Below the pieces are notes generated by a model. That model saw nothing but the letters and a program-made list of their open reading frames with translations. It had not been told where the DNA came from and ran no database searches. This document shows positions 63,340 through 64,000 of a stretch of 64,000 bases of DNA, in pieces (position 1 is the first letter of the stretch; the number at the start of each line of letters is the position of its first letter). A program made the translations under genes and the position numbers. This stretch comes from Eledone cirrhosa (Eukaryota): the NCBI GenBank assembly GCA_964016885.1, contig OZ024744.1, positions 59,458,001 through 59,522,000 on the forward strand. Reading direction: 5' to 3'.

Positions 63340-64000
63340 GTATACAAAATCCTATCAAATCTTAGCTATGCAGACGATATGGCTATCATGAGTTACTCTA
63401 CAACTGATCTGCAAGACTTTCTGAATGTACGGGCCAAACATTCGCTGGAGGCTGACTTACACATCAACATCTCCAAAACAAAGTGTATGACACCTGATAA
63501 AAACAATGCCAATCTCCAACAGACAACCAACAAATTGCTCAAGTTACGGAGTTTGATGATAGTTTGTGACCGAGATATACAAAGAACAATGGAATGGTTG
63601 CTGCGCAGTTTCGCATCGCTCTAGGCTGGGCAGCTTTCAACAAGAAAACGGAAGTACTAACATCAAAACGAGTTATCTATCGTTTGAAGGCGAAGAAATT
63701 TGATAATTAGACATTACCAGTTGTGTTATATGGTCCTGACTGTGTTAACTGGATAACAAGGTCACTTCAGAAGCTCTCTACATTCCAGAACCACATCATG
63801 AGACTTATGACTGGCAAGCGGCTCTGTATCAGTGAGCTGTTCAACATTACCAAACTTAGACCAATTGCTATACGGTCATATAAAAAGATCAACTCGTGGT
63901 GTGAGTAGGTTATGCCAGGAAGGAAGGTTAGCTGGTTAGAGAAGCAAAGGCCGGCAGCCAAAACGATGGCTTGGTAATGTCAACTTATGGACTGGACTTG
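63340..64000 (+). mobile_element. Degenerate RTE-like LINE RT fragment
   Basis: ILSYADDMAI, NISKTKCM, LGWAAF, VLYG..C, FQNHIMR. Confidence 0.75.

Noticed and set aside
56172-64000. Further upstream otopetrin exons
   Set aside because: No otopetrin-like translation found by eye; small exons could be missed

Overview
Repeat-saturated animal genomic DNA; the SINE families and (TA)n density suggest an octopus-like cephalopod (inference). There is one host gene: the last four coding exons of a minus-strand otopetrin (OTOP proton-channel family; 56171-55832, 44786-44626, 37627-37459, 36379-35469). The exons splice in frame at GT/AG, the 5' exons lie outside the window, and two normally invariant residues are substituted (IEY>IMY, FYR>FIR). 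The main hidden structure is a dense set of (TA)n-targeted Penelope-like elements (PLEs) and non-coding derivatives, with more than 20 type I hammerhead ribozyme (HHR) motifs from about 12 or more families. These include a tandem ~480-bp retrozyme-like array (6454-9096), a Hydra-type PLE with 1159-bp inverted arms, a PLE with an intact RT-GIY-YIG frame and several fold-back mini-elements. In five to six unrelated fold-back elements the inverted arm stops 4-5 nt before a shared ACTC motif. Also present: RTE, R4/Dong-like and CRE-like LINE fragments, Helitrons, a Chapaev3-like remnant, MITEs, many tRNA-derived SINEs, and SINE- and MITE-derived minisatellites. All calls were made by eye, and repeat boundaries are approximate.
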